A DNA stretch of 64,000 bases, taken from NCBI GenBank assembly GCA_965247225.1, contig CBDFGT010000030.1:17456-81455 (forward strand). The letters run 5' to 3'. A program made the position numbers and the translations under genes. Positions 1 through 10,492 of this stretch are shown here, piece by piece. The notes under the pieces were generated by a model. It was not told the DNA's origin. It saw only the letters and a program-made list of their open reading frames with translations, and searched no databases. This DNA is from Rhizobiaceae bacterium (GTDB taxonomy: Bacteria; Pseudomonadota; Alphaproteobacteria; Rhizobiales; Rhizobiaceae). How positions within the stretch are numbered: the first letter of the stretch is position 1; each line of letters opens with the position of its first letter.

Positions 1-1
1 G

Positions 2-1618
2 CAGACGGCAGCCCTGCGTCCGCCCGCGCTGAAAGCGGTGATCTCGATTGCCTCGACTGTTGACCGCTACAATGATGATATCCATTACAAGAACGGCACA
101 CATCTGTCTGCACAGCTCTCCTGGGCGTCCACCATGCTGGCCTATCAATCGCGTTCGCCCGATCCGGCACTGGTGGGCGATTTCTGGAAAAAAATGTGGC
201 TGGAGCGGCTCGGCAACGAACCGTTTTTCATGGAGGAATGGCTTCAGCACCAGACCCGGGATGCCTTCTGGAAACAGGGTTCTGTCGGCGACAATTTCGA
301 TGATATCCAGATACCTGTCATGGTTATGGCAGGCTGGGCCGACGGCTACCGCAACACGCCCATCAAGCTTCTGGAGGGGATGGGACCAAAAGCCAAGGCC
401 CTGATCGGACCATGGGTCCACAAATACCCGCATTTTGCCTGGCCAAAGCCACGGGCGGATTTTCTGGGCGAGGCGATAGCGTTCTGGAACCTGTGGCTGC
501 GCAATGTTGCCAATAACAATGACAACAGGCCGCAAATGCGGGCCTATATACTGCAAAGCCCGAAACCGGAGCGCCGTCGCGAGACTGACCCGGGCTACTG
601 GATCGCCATGGATATCTGGCAGCAGCCGGAGATGGAGCTGATGCATGTTTCCAATGGCAACAGACTGGAAAAGGGTCCGCAGACCGGCAATGCCATCCGC
701 GATTTTCAGCTGAAATCGGCGCTGGATACCGGCACAACATCCGGTGAATTCTTCACACTGAAGCCGGATGCGGAAATGGCCGGTGACCAGAGGGTGGATG
801 ATCTGGCCTCGCTTGTCTTCGACAGCGCACCTCTCTCAGAAGCGGAAGCCTATCTTGGCTTCCCGGTTCTCGAACTGGAACTGGCGAGTGACCAGCCGCT
901 GGCCAATCTATGCGTCCGCATTGTCGATGTGCATCCCGATGGGGCCGCCACCCGCGCCACATTCGGCGTTCTCAATCTGGCCCACCGCAACGGCAATGAA
1001 TTTCCCGAACCGCTGGTTCCGGGCGAAAAGACCCGCATCTGCCTGCAACTGGATGCCTTTGGCTATGAATTCCGGCCGGGTCACAAGATCCGTCTTGCCC
1101 TTTCAACAGCATACTGGCCCATGATCCTGCCACCGCCGGTCAATCCGGTTCTGACGCTGGATCTGGCCAGCATCTCGCTGCGCCTGCCGAAGCTGGGGGA
1201 TCACCACAAGATTGCGGTCAGGGAACCGGAAAACCCGGACCCGCTGCCCCGGTATATCGAACACAGGCCATCGGCCACGCGCCGGGCCGTCGAACGCGAC
1301 CTGACAACGGGCCTCACACACTATTCTGTTTATGAGGACACCGGCCTTTTTGAACATCCGGCAACCGGACTGTCCACCGGGCAGGTCCGCGATGAAATCT
1401 GGACCATCGACCCGGAGAATCCGCTGTCCATGACAGGCGTGTCCACCTGGACCAGCGAGATGGCGCGTCCCGGCTGGAACGTCTGCACCATCACCACCTG
1501 CTGGATATCCTGCACGAAGGGCGATTGGGTGATTGCAGCGCATATAAGGGCATTTGAAGGAGAGACAGAAATCTTCTCCAAAGCCTTCAGCAAAACCGTT
1601 CCGCGCCACATGATGTAG
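2..1618 (+). CDS. CocE/NonD-family (X-Pro dipeptidyl-peptidase-like) hydrolase; 5' end lies outside the window
   Basis: The frame is open from the window edge (the listed ORF 38..1618 starts at an internal GTG). Hydrolase segment 'IPVMVMAGWADGY' is followed by a long beta-rich C-terminal domain typical of this family. Confidence 0.6.
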   Translation, partial: QTAALRPPALKAVISIASTVDRYNDDIHYKNGTHLSAQLSWASTMLAYQSRSPDPALVGDFWKKMWLERLGNEPFFMEEWLQHQTRDAFWKQGSVGDNFDDIQIPVMVMAGWADGYRNTPIKLLEGMGPKAKALIGPWVHKYPHFAWPKPRADFLGEAIAFWNLWLRNVANNNDNRPQMRAYILQSPKPERRRETDPGYWIAMDIWQQPEMELMHVSNGNRLEKGPQTGNAIRDFQLKSALDTGTTSGEFFTLKPDAEMAGDQRVDDLASLVFDSAPLSEAEAYLGFPVLELELASDQPLANLCVRIVDVHPDGAATRATFGVLNLAHRNGNEFPEPLVPGEKTRICLQLDAFGYEFRPGHKIRLALSTAYWPMILPPPVNPVLTLDLASISLRLPKLGDHHKIAVREPENPDPLPRYIEHRPSATRRAVERDLTTGLTHYSVYEDTGLFEHPATGLSTGQVRDEIWTIDPENPLSMTGVSTWTSEMARPGWNVCTITTCWISCTKGDWVIAAHIRAFEGETEIFSKAFSKTVPRHMM

Positions 1619-1641
1619 AGCCTGTCGTCAAAAGGCAACAG

Positions 1642-2826
1642 TCAGGCTGCAGCTTTTGCCGCCATGCGTGCAGCCAGATTGGCAATGCGGTCACAGGCTG
1701 TTGCAATCTGTTCGTCCGGAACCGTGAGGCTGAGACGGATGAGATTTTCTGCCTGTTTGCCAAAGGACGAGCCGGGCATGACAGCCACTTTTTCCTCGCG
1801 CAGCAGCGCCCAGGCAAAGTCAAGACCGCGCATGCCGGTCTTTCGCACGTCTATCAGCGTAAACATGCCGGCCTGTGTCGGCAGCACATCCACATAGGCA
1901 TTGCCTTTCAGGGCTCCGGCAATCACCTTTGCGCGGCGGCTGAAGGTCTGGCGCATGATACCGGCGGTCGGAAACGCACGGCTGAGCGCCAGCGCCGTCA
2001 TATCGGAAATGAAGGGCTGCACACCAAACAGCATGGTTTCGGAAACCGGCAGCAGCCGGTTGGTAAATTCCACCGGGCCAATGGCCCAGCCGCTGCGAAA
2101 GCCGGGGGCTGCATGGGATTTGGAAATGGACGAAACAACAATGGTCCGCCCGGCCAGTTCCGGCTCGTCAAAGGGCGAGGCAAAACCGCCGTCAAACACC
2201 AGTTGCTCATAGACTTCATCGCATATGATCCACAGGTCATGCTTTTGTGCGATTGCGCCAATGGCCAGAATATCGGCGCGCGACAAAACCGCCCCTGTCG
2301 GATTGTGCGGCGTATTCAGCAGCAGCACACGGCATTCCGGTGTCATGGCCGCTTCCAGATCGGTCGCCTGCATGCAGAACCCGTTTTCGGCCCGCAGCGG
2401 CACATAGACCGGATGTGCGCCTGTTGCGGCAATCACCCCTTCATAGGTGGCATACAGCGGATCGCCGACCAGAACCCCCTGCCCGTGTTCCACCAGCCCC
2501 ATCATGACGGCAAACAATGCCGTCTGTGTTCCCGGAAAAACCATCACATTTTCCATCACCACATCTGCCCGGCGCCTGGCGTATTTCTCCACGAGTGCCT
2601 TGACCACGCTCGGCTCGCCCCGTCCATTGGAATAGCGGGTTCGCCCGGCATGCAACGCGCGGGAACACTCTTCCAGAAGGGCCGGATCGGGCTGCACATC
2701 CGGCTCGCCGATGGTCAGCTGGATGATCGGTTCACCCTGCCCCCCCATCTGGCGTGCGGCCATATGCACGGCCCATTTCTCGGAACCAAGGTCAGACAGG
2801 CGGTCAGTGATGGAAGCATAGCGCAT
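1642..2826 (-). CDS. PLP-dependent class I/II aminotransferase
   Basis: Motifs 'LNTPHNPTGAV' and 'SSISKSHAAPGFRSGW' (Schiff-base Lys). 394 aa. The layout is reminiscent of arginine:pyruvate (AruH-type) transaminases, from memory and unverified. Confidence 0.85.
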   Translation of the reverse strand: MRYASITDRLSDLGSEKWAVHMAARQMGGQGEPIIQLTIGEPDVQPDPALLEECSRALHAGRTRYSNGRGEPSVVKALVEKYARRRADVVMENVMVFPGTQTALFAVMMGLVEHGQGVLVGDPLYATYEGVIAATGAHPVYVPLRAENGFCMQATDLEAAMTPECRVLLLNTPHNPTGAVLSRADILAIGAIAQKHDLWIICDEVYEQLVFDGGFASPFDEPELAGRTIVVSSISKSHAAPGFRSGWAIGPVEFTNRLLPVSETMLFGVQPFISDMTALALSRAFPTAGIMRQTFSRRAKVIAGALKGNAYVDVLPTQAGMFTLIDVRKTGMRGLDFAWALLREEKVAVMPGSSFGKQAENLIRLSLTVPDEQIATACDRIANLAARMAAKAAA

Positions 2827-2840
2827 GGAAAACAGTCCGT

Positions 2841-3473
2841 TCAGGAGTTGGAATTCAGCGGCAGGCCGATCATGGCCTCAACCGATGTCAGGGCCACGGA
2901 GGCAATTTCAGAATCAGCAAACATATCTGGAGCCAGGCATGCCTCCAGCCACAATCCGTCTATCAGGCCATTGATGGCAATGGCCAGCCGGTGGGTTTCA
3001 TGTGCACCGGCCACACGATTGTGCTTGGCAAACAAGGCGATCACCAGATCTTCAATCACCTTCCTGAAGGCAAGATACCCCTCTCGGTGAACCGCCGCAA
3101 GGGCCGGATCCACGCGGACCTGGCTGATGAACGACGCCCAGAGCGAAAGCGACCGGCTGTCGGTAACCGGGCCGCTGAGATTGGCCAGGACGAAGGCTTT
3201 CAGCCGGTCTGCCGCATCATCACCGGCACCATTCACAGCCTCGACAGCCGTGGCGGTCATGCCGGTCATGGTCTCGCGAAAGGCCGCCTGAACCATCTGC
3301 TCCTTGGATTCGAAATAGTGCCGTATCAGGCCGCCTGTCACACCGGCGCGAATGGCAATCTGCCGCACTGTTGCCCCGTGCAGGCCAAATTCCGCGATAC
3401 AGTCATGCGTCGCCTCGATCAGCGCCCTGCGGCGCTCGTCCAAAGAGGCGCGATGATAGACCCGGCGTGTCAT
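2841..3473 (-). CDS. TetR/AcrR (BetI-like) transcriptional regulator
   Basis: N-terminal HTH 'ATVRQIAIRAGVTGGLIRHYFESKEQM'. Start is set at the inner ATG 3473, which overlaps the upstream gene's stop (ATGA), implying translational coupling. Confidence 0.85.
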   Translation of the reverse strand: MTRRVYHRASLDERRRALIEATHDCIAEFGLHGATVRQIAIRAGVTGGLIRHYFESKEQMVQAAFRETMTGMTATAVEAVNGAGDDAADRLKAFVLANLSGPVTDSRSLSLWASFISQVRVDPALAAVHREGYLAFRKVIEDLVIALFAKHNRVAGAHETHRLAIAINGLIDGLWLEACLAPDMFADSEIASVALTSVEAMIGLPLNSNS

Positions 3474-4348
3474 GCGGCACTCCGCAGGATCGGACGGTTG
3501 AGACAGGTTGGGCCCCCTTCGCAGGCAATGCACAGGGCATCACCCTCAAACGTCTCCACCACACAGCCCGCGGCCTCCATCACGGCACGGGTTTTGTCAA
3601 AACCTGCCACCATGATCACCTGTTTCGGCGCAACCGGCAGGACATTGAGATTAAGGCCCATGGAGGCATGAAACTCGTCTTCAGGTGCTACCAGTAACTG
3701 AATGCCACGCGATTTCAGCAATTGATAGAAAGGGGCAGGCAGCAGGGGCGCATGCACCAGCGCCAGATCCGGAGCCAGCGGGCTGATCACGGACATCAGA
3801 TGCAGGCACGCCTCCTCCCCCAGCCACAGGGGCAGGTCAAAGCCCAGAACCTCTATTCCGGCGGGAGCCAGCATCTGGCGCACCTGCGCGATACCCGCTT
3901 CATTGGAACGCACGCCGCGCCCGATCACCAGTGTTTTTGCATCAAGCCAGAGACAGTCTCCCCCCTCGACCGCACCGGGGGCCTGAACCCGCCCGACAAC
4001 AGGAATGCCGGCAGCCCGGTAGGCAGCCTCATGCAGGTCCGGCTCGCCGGCACGCAACGGCTTGCCCATGCGCAGGATCACGGCACCTGCATCGGTCATC
4101 AGCGACGGATCCTGGGCAAACATCGCATCGGCAAGGCCGTCTCCCCTGTCTTCCATCCAGAGGATCGTCACACCTGCCTTTTCCACAAGATCCGTGAAAG
4201 CCTGATACTGCACCAGCGCCTTTTGCGCATGGAATGCCGGCCCGTAATGCCAGAGCGCAGGATCAGCGGCAAGAAGACTGGCACCCGGCCGTCGCATCAG
4301 CACGCTTTCAAGCTTCCCCGACATGTCCTGCGAACCATAAGCTTTCAT
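3470..4348 (-). CDS. Dimethylarginine dimethylaminohydrolase / amidinotransferase-fold hydrolase
   Basis: C-terminal 'CEGGPTCLNRPILR' (nucleophile Cys context) and 'EGGDCLWLD'. Start is uncertain (ATG 4348 versus TTG 4405). Confidence 0.65.
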   Translation of the reverse strand: MKAYGSQDMSGKLESVLMRRPGASLLAADPALWHYGPAFHAQKALVQYQAFTDLVEKAGVTILWMEDRGDGLADAMFAQDPSLMTDAGAVILRMGKPLRAGEPDLHEAAYRAAGIPVVGRVQAPGAVEGGDCLWLDAKTLVIGRGVRSNEAGIAQVRQMLAPAGIEVLGFDLPLWLGEEACLHLMSVISPLAPDLALVHAPLLPAPFYQLLKSRGIQLLVAPEDEFHASMGLNLNVLPVAPKQVIMVAGFDKTRAVMEAAGCVVETFEGDALCIACEGGPTCLNRPILRSAA

Positions 4349-4559
4349 TCCCGACCCCTGATGAAATGGACTGCCCTGAAAAGCGAAGCCAAAAACATGC
4401 GACAATTCCGTATTATACGCTTGAATAATTCATGGACTAGTGCAACGATACTGTCAACAGCAGGATGCGCCAGCAGCATACCTGCAGATGCAACCAATGC
4501 TGGGGGAACAGAGTATATGAAATGTGTGCTGCCTTTGCACGTGTTGAAAGTGCATAGCT

Positions 4560-5333
4560 ATGGACGATAGGGCTGAAGCCATCGCAGTGTCGGATTTGCA
4601 CAAACGCTTTGGGCCGATCGAGGTTTTGAAAGGCGTTTCGCTTTCTGCCAGGGAAGGGGACGTGATTGCCATCATCGGCGGGTCAGGGTCCGGCAAGTCT
4701 ACATTCCTGCGCTGTATCAACATGCTGGAATTGCCGACGTCCGGCTCGGTGACCGTGCACGGTGAAACGATTTGCATGAAAAATGACGGTTCTGGCGGCC
4801 AGATGCCTGCTGACAGGAGACAGGTGCAGCGCATCAGAACCCGTCTGGGCATGGTGTTCCAGAGTTTCAATCTCTGGCAGCACATGACCGTGCTGCAGAA
4901 TGTCATGGAAGCTCCCGTACATGTTCTGGGCATGAAAAAGGACGAGGCCCTTGCCATTGCCGAAAACCTGCTGAAGCGTGTTGGCCTCTATGAAAAGCGC
5001 GATGCCTATCCTTCCTTCATGTCCGGCGGCCAGCAGCAGCGCGCAGCCATTGCCCGTGCGCTCGCCATCCAGCCGCTCGTCATGCTGTTTGACGAACCGA
5101 CATCGGCGCTCGACCCTGAACTGGTGGGCGAAGTGCTGACGGTTATCGGCGATCTGGCCAGGGAAGGCCGCACGATGATCCTGGTAACACATGAAATGAA
5201 ATTTGCCCGCGAAGTAGCCAGCCATGTTGTGTTCCTGCATGGTGGCAAAATCGAAGAGCAAGGCCCGCCCGAGGAACTGTTCGGTGCGCCAAAATCGGAA
5301 CGTCTGAAAAAATTCATCAGCTCCATCCATTAA
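4560..5333 (+). CDS. Polar amino-acid ABC transporter, ATP-binding protein (HisP/OccP-like)
   Basis: Walker A 'GGSGSGKST', signature 'MSGGQQQR', Walker B 'VMLFDEPTSALD'. Confidence 0.95.
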   Translation: MDDRAEAIAVSDLHKRFGPIEVLKGVSLSAREGDVIAIIGGSGSGKSTFLRCINMLELPTSGSVTVHGETICMKNDGSGGQMPADRRQVQRIRTRLGMVFQSFNLWQHMTVLQNVMEAPVHVLGMKKDEALAIAENLLKRVGLYEKRDAYPSFMSGGQQQRAAIARALAIQPLVMLFDEPTSALDPELVGEVLTVIGDLAREGRTMILVTHEMKFAREVASHVVFLHGGKIEEQGPPEELFGAPKSERLKKFISSIH

Positions 5334-5357
5334 AACGTCAAAAGCAGGGGAATATTC

Positions 5358-6137
5358 ATGAACAAGACTGTCAAAATTCTGTCGCTCGCGCTGGCACTCG
5401 GCCTTGCAGGAACCGGTGTTTCGCTGGCTGCAACCGTCAAGATGGGTGTAGCCGCCGAACCTTATCCGCCATTTTCCGAGCCTGATGCGTCCGGCAAATG
5501 GATTGGCTGGGAAATCGAATTTGTTGATGCTGTCTGCGCTGAAGCCAAGATTGAGTGTGAAATCACGCCGGTTGCCTGGGACGGTATCATTCCGGCCCTG
5601 ACATCGGGCAAGATCGACGCGATCTCCTCTTCCATGTCGATCACCGAAGAGCGCCTGAAAACCATTGATTTTTCACACAAGTATTACAACACCCCCACCG
5701 GCATCATCGGCCCCAAAGACGCCACTTTTGACGCAACACCGGAAGGTCTGACCGGCAAGATCCTCGGCGTGCAGGTTTCCACCATTCACCAGGCCTATGC
5801 CACGGCCCATTTCGCCGGAAAGGTAGCAGAAATCAAGGAATACCAGACCCAGGACGAAGCCAACCAGGATCTGGCAGCCGGTCGTCTTGATGCCGTCCAG
5901 GCCGACAGTATTACACTGGAAGCCTTCCTCAAGTCCGATGCCGGCGCATGCTGCAAGATGATCGGCTATGTGGAAGACGATCCGGCAATCCTGGGAGCAG
6001 GCGTTGGCTTCGGACTGCGCAAGGGAGACGAAGAGCTGAAAGCCAAACTCAATGCTGCCATTGATGCCGTTCGCGCAAATGGAAAATATGCAGAAATTTC
6101 AAAGAAATACTTCTCCTTTGATCCGTACGGCAAATAA
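5358..6137 (+). CDS. Periplasmic substrate-binding protein, family 3 (Lys/Arg/Orn/His/opine type)
   Basis: Signal peptide 'MNKTVKILSLALALGLAGTGVSLA', size 259 aa, and position inside the ABC operon. Confidence 0.85.
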   Translation: MNKTVKILSLALALGLAGTGVSLAATVKMGVAAEPYPPFSEPDASGKWIGWEIEFVDAVCAEAKIECEITPVAWDGIIPALTSGKIDAISSSMSITEERLKTIDFSHKYYNTPTGIIGPKDATFDATPEGLTGKILGVQVSTIHQAYATAHFAGKVAEIKEYQTQDEANQDLAAGRLDAVQADSITLEAFLKSDAGACCKMIGYVEDDPAILGAGVGFGLRKGDEELKAKLNAAIDAVRANGKYAEISKKYFSFDPYGK

Positions 6138-6202
6138 GCCTGTCCTTTTATCCTGCCGGCAGTTTATGCTGTCGGCAGCCCTCTGCAAAAGGTTCATGGA
6201 AC

Positions 6203-6931
6203 ATGGATGTCGATCCGGGCTTGATCAACTGGAGTCTGCTGGCGCTGGATCCGCCTGGTTGGGGTGGAGTCTTGCTTGCGGGTCTTGTCAACTCCATTGA
6301 AATCGCTCTGGGCGGATATTCTCTCGGTCTGGTGCTGGGTATCGCAGGTGCCTCCGGAAAACTCTATGGCGGACCTGTTATCCGCGATCTTCTGGATGTC
6401 TATACAACGCTGGTTCGTGCCGTACCGGAACTCGTTCTCATTCTGCTCCTCTATTATGCCGGAACAGATGCCCTGAATGGCATTCTCGAATTTTTCGGAG
6501 CAGGCCCGGTCGATATTTCCGGTCTCGTGGCGGGTATTTTCGTCATTGGTGTCGTCCAGGGCGCCTATACAACCGAGGTTCTGCGGGGTGCCATCAAGGC
6601 CATCGCCCCCGGCCAGATCGAGGCGGCCAAGGCCTATGGCATGCCGCCGCTGATGATCCTGAAACGGATTACACTGCCCGCCATGCTGCCTTTCGCGCTT
6701 CCGGGCCTCTCCAATCTCTGGTTGATTGCCACCAAGGATACGGCTCTTCTGGCTGTTGTCGGCTTCAACGAGCTGACATTGGCAACGCGACAGGCTGCGG
6801 GCTCGACAAAGGCCTATCTGATGTTCTTCCTGGCGGCAGGCTTCCTCTATCTGATGATTACGCTGGTTTCCAATGTCCTGCTGGGCTTTCTCGAACGCTA
6901 TTCCCGTCGCGGCATGGCAAGGTCGGTGTAG
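6203..6931 (+). CDS. Polar amino-acid ABC transporter permease (HisQ-like)
   Basis: Multi-TM protein with EAA-type loop 'IEAAKAYGMPPLMILKRITLP'. Confidence 0.9.
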   Translation: MDVDPGLINWSLLALDPPGWGGVLLAGLVNSIEIALGGYSLGLVLGIAGASGKLYGGPVIRDLLDVYTTLVRAVPELVLILLLYYAGTDALNGILEFFGAGPVDISGLVAGIFVIGVVQGAYTTEVLRGAIKAIAPGQIEAAKAYGMPPLMILKRITLPAMLPFALPGLSNLWLIATKDTALLAVVGFNELTLATRQAAGSTKAYLMFFLAAGFLYLMITLVSNVLLGFLERYSRRGMARSV

Positions 6932-6934
6932 GAT

Positions 6935-7753
6935 ATGAAGCGGGTCAAGGCTGCCAACGACAATCCAAACCCGAAACTGGCTTTCCTGAGCTTTTTCAGA
7001 CCACATCGCATTGTCCTGATCCTGCTGGGCCTTTTTCTGGTTGCCTATATTGCGGTCACCATGCGCTGGGACTGGCTGCCGCGCTATATTCCCAGATTGA
7101 CAGCGGGCATAGGCGAAACATTGCTGATGCTGTTTTCGACGGCGGGCGTCGGCTTCCTGCTGGCTGTGCCGCTGGGCCTTGCCCAGGTCACCGGACCAAA
7201 ACCGCTCAAATGGCTGGCGGGCGGCTTTTGCACGCTGATCCGCGGTACACCGCTTCTGCTCCAGCTCTGGCTGCTCTATTATGGCCTCGGCTCTCTTTTT
7301 CCGCAATTTCCCGGCATTCGGGACTCTTTCCTCTGGCCCTGGCTGCGCCAGGCCTGGCCCTATGGCTTCACGGCGCTGATGCTATCCTTTGCAGCCTATG
7401 AAGGCGAAGTCATGCGCGGTGCCTTTGCAGGCGTTCCAAAGGGTGAGCTTGAAGCTGCCCGCGCCTTCGGCATGAGCCGTTGGAAGGTTTTCCGCCGGGT
7501 ATGGTTGCCGCGTGCCGTTCACCGCGCACTGCCAACCCTTCTGGGCGAAACCGTCCTGCAGCTGAAATCCACGCCGCTGGTAGCCACCGTCACCGTGGTC
7601 GATGTTTACGCCGTCATTTCCAGGGTGCGGCAGGAAACCTTCCTCACCTATGAGCCGCTGTTCCTTTTGGCATTGATCTATATGTGCCTGACAGGTATTC
7701 TCGTTCTGGCTTTCCGGTATCTGGAAAACCTTGTTCCAACACGCGGTGTCTGA
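6935..7753 (+). CDS. Polar amino-acid ABC transporter permease (HisM-like)
   Basis: Multi-TM protein with EAA-type loop 'LEAARAFGMSRWKVFRRVWLP'. Confidence 0.9.
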   Translation: MKRVKAANDNPNPKLAFLSFFRPHRIVLILLGLFLVAYIAVTMRWDWLPRYIPRLTAGIGETLLMLFSTAGVGFLLAVPLGLAQVTGPKPLKWLAGGFCTLIRGTPLLLQLWLLYYGLGSLFPQFPGIRDSFLWPWLRQAWPYGFTALMLSFAAYEGEVMRGAFAGVPKGELEAARAFGMSRWKVFRRVWLPRAVHRALPTLLGETVLQLKSTPLVATVTVVDVYAVISRVRQETFLTYEPLFLLALIYMCLTGILVLAFRYLENLVPTRGV

Positions 7754-7757
7754 TAGC

Positions 7758-8924
7758 ATGTTTCTGACCGACCAGCTGAAAAACACCATGCCTGAACTCG
7801 TGGCCATGCGGCATGATCTGCATGCCCACCCGGAGCTCGGCCTGTCGGAATTCCGCACCTCAAACCTTCTGGCAGAAGAGCTGGAAAAACTGGGCTATAC
7901 AGTAACTCGCGGACTGGCCACCACCGGCCTTGTTGCAACATTGAAAAACGGGACCAGTCCACGGTCTGTCGGCATTCGCGCCGATATGGATGCCCTGCCG
8001 ATCCTGGAAGAGACCGGTCTGGACTATGCCTCGAAAACACCGGGCCTGATGCATGCCTGCGGCCATGACGGACACACGACCATGCTGATGGGGGCGGCCA
8101 GAATGATTGCCGGACGCCGCAATTTTGACGGCACGGTTCACCTGATTTTCCAGCCTGCGGAGGAGAATTTCGGCGGCGGCAAGATCATGATTGAAGACGG
8201 GCTGTTTGAGAAATGCCCCTGCGATGCGGTCTTTGCCCTGCACAATGAACCCGGCCTGCCCTTCGGACAGTTCGCCTTCCGTGATGGCCCGATCATGGCG
8301 GCCTGTGACGAATGTACCATTACCGTTCATGGCCGTGGCGGCCATGGTGCCGAGCCGCAGGAAACGCTGGACCCGATCATTGCCGGTGCCAGCATCGTCA
8401 TGGCACTGCAATCGATCATTTCGCGCAACCTGCATCCGATGGACCCGGCCGTCATCACGGTCGGCGCATTCCATTCCGGTTCCGCCTGCAACATCATTCC
8501 GGAGCGGGCGGAACTGGTCATCGGTATCCGTTCCTTTGATGACAAGGTGCGCGACGGGCTCGAAGCCCGCATCACGCAGATCGCCAGAAGCCAGGCCGAA
8601 AGCTATGGCATGAGCGCAACGGTGAACTATGTGCGCAGCTATGATGCAACGATCAACCACCCGGAAGAAACGGCTTTCGCCCGTGATCTGGCGGTGCGCT
8701 TTGCAGGCCGGGAAAATGTTGTGGATCTCGCCCGCCCGTATATGGGGTCCGAGGATTTTGCCTATCTCCTGAAAGAACGCCCCGGAACCTATTTCTTCCT
8801 CGGTGCGGGGGTTTCGGGCGATGAAAAGCCGCTGCACCACCCCGCCTTCAATTTCAACGATGACCTGCTGCCCATAGGTGCCGCCTTCTGGACCGAACTC
8901 GCCGAGGAATATCTGAAGGCGTGA
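7758..8924 (+). CDS. M20-family amidohydrolase (N-acyl-amino-acid / hippurate hydrolase type)
   Basis: Metal-site motif 'MHACGHDGH' and 'FQPAEE'. Start is set at ATG 7758, just after the upstream stop. Confidence 0.9.
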   Translation: MFLTDQLKNTMPELVAMRHDLHAHPELGLSEFRTSNLLAEELEKLGYTVTRGLATTGLVATLKNGTSPRSVGIRADMDALPILEETGLDYASKTPGLMHACGHDGHTTMLMGAARMIAGRRNFDGTVHLIFQPAEENFGGGKIMIEDGLFEKCPCDAVFALHNEPGLPFGQFAFRDGPIMAACDECTITVHGRGGHGAEPQETLDPIIAGASIVMALQSIISRNLHPMDPAVITVGAFHSGSACNIIPERAELVIGIRSFDDKVRDGLEARITQIARSQAESYGMSATVNYVRSYDATINHPEETAFARDLAVRFAGRENVVDLARPYMGSEDFAYLLKERPGTYFFLGAGVSGDEKPLHHPAFNFNDDLLPIGAAFWTELAEEYLKA

Positions 8925-9043
8925 AAGTTCAACGCCTTGGCTCTGGAGGATGAATCAAAGTCTCCGCGACAGGACTTTTGACGGCCAGGCCGATTCAAAA
9001 AGCCAAAAAGAGAGCTTAAAATATTGGTTTGGAACACAATTCG

Positions 9044-10327
9044 TCAAAACCGCGCCTCAATGGCATGAACAATCTGCGCACCGGCCTCATAATAGAGCTC
9101 GCGTGCGGAAAGCAACGCCTGCCTTTCCGGAACACTTGCCGCCAGGGGCAATGCGTCCAGACCCTGATTGCCGGTAATATGGTCCGCCAGCACCTTGCCA
9201 AACACGGTTCCCGGTGCAATGCCACGACCATTATAGCCGGAGAAACTGATAATCCGCTCTGCCAGCTGGTGGAATTTCGGCAGGCTGTTGCCGGTCATGC
9301 CAATTTTGCCATACCAGCCGGATTCAAAAGTCACATTCCCCAGTTGCGGAAAAAGCCTGGCCATGGAGCGTCTGGCCCAGGCTTCGTGAATGCCGGTGCC
9401 AGGCCCGCGCAACGCGCCGACACTGCCAAAGACCAGTCGCCCGGCCTGGTCCATACGGAAAGAGGTCAGCACCTCTTTCGTATCCCATGCACCCTGGCCT
9501 TCCGGCAGAATGGAACGCCGCAGATTATCGCCGAGCGGTGTTGTCGCAAAGTTGAAATAGGGCAGATGCAGGATCTCCTGCCGCAACGCCGCAAACGGAT
9601 GCACGGTATAGGCATTCGTGGCCACCACCACCCAGTCGGCCAGAACATGGCCGGATGGTGTCTGCACCCGCCATGTGTCCCCCTGCTGCACAACATCATC
9701 CACAGGGCTTCCTGTATAAATCGCTGCGCCTGCAGCCATTGCCGCATGCGCCAGCCCGCGCGCATAGGAAAGCGGCTGAATGGTGCCTGCCCGCAGATCC
9801 AGAAGCGAACCGGAATAGGCTCCGGTTCCGGTTTTCTGGGCTGTCTCTGCTGCCGACAGCAGATGCACAGGAGCCCCGCGCGCCTGCCATTGCCTGGCAC
9901 GATCCTCAAGCTGTTTCAGCCCACCTGCCCCGACGGCACAATGCAATGTCCCCGTCCGCATCGGTTCGCAGGCAATATTGTGTTTTGCAATCAGTTCAAA
10001 CACCAGATCCGGCGCGTTGCCCAGCAGGGACAAGAGGCGCTCGCCATGCACGGGCCCCAGCGCTTGGGGCAGATCCTCCGGCATCACCCACATGCCGGCA
10101 TTGACCAGCCCGACATTGCGGCCCGACCCGCCAAAGCCGACATCCGCCCCTTCCAGAACCACAACATTGCGCCCGGCCTCGCACAGATGCAGCGCGGCAG
10201 AAAGCCCGGTATAGCCCGCACCGATAACAACGACATCGGCACGAACATCCGTATCGAGAACCCGTGTCACTGGCGCGGCAATAGCGGTTTTTTCCCAAAG
10301 CCCGTGGGAGCGAGGATCATTCAGCAT
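9044..10327 (-). CDS. FAD-dependent oxidoreductase (DAO family, PuuB/OrdL or pipecolate-oxidase-like)
   Basis: Dinucleotide fold 'DVVVIGAGYTGLSAALHL' and 'GGSGRNVG'. Start is set at the inner ATG 10327, preceded by AAAGAGA. Confidence 0.85.
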   Translation of the reverse strand: MLNDPRSHGLWEKTAIAAPVTRVLDTDVRADVVVIGAGYTGLSAALHLCEAGRNVVVLEGADVGFGGSGRNVGLVNAGMWVMPEDLPQALGPVHGERLLSLLGNAPDLVFELIAKHNIACEPMRTGTLHCAVGAGGLKQLEDRARQWQARGAPVHLLSAAETAQKTGTGAYSGSLLDLRAGTIQPLSYARGLAHAAMAAGAAIYTGSPVDDVVQQGDTWRVQTPSGHVLADWVVVATNAYTVHPFAALRQEILHLPYFNFATTPLGDNLRRSILPEGQGAWDTKEVLTSFRMDQAGRLVFGSVGALRGPGTGIHEAWARRSMARLFPQLGNVTFESGWYGKIGMTGNSLPKFHQLAERIISFSGYNGRGIAPGTVFGKVLADHITGNQGLDALPLAASVPERQALLSARELYYEAGAQIVHAIEARF

Positions 10328-10492
10328 GGATATCTCTTTCGTGCGGCAGGTCCAAACAGGCAGGCCAGTGCCATTCTGCACCAGACCATACCGCATTTAC
10401 ACCCGAAAAATCAGTCCATAAGCAAATATGATTGGCGATATGGCAACAAGGTTTGATAAAGGAAACCAATCAGAAATTCAGGAAGAACGCGA

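Noticed and set aside
9029-10456. 475-aa ORF on the plus strand
   Set aside because: It is antisense to the FAD oxidoreductase, which has a clear GxGxxG fold motif. The same holds for 6194..7306, 28360..29874, 42478..43728, 43868..45142, 45181..46158 and 37911..39293.
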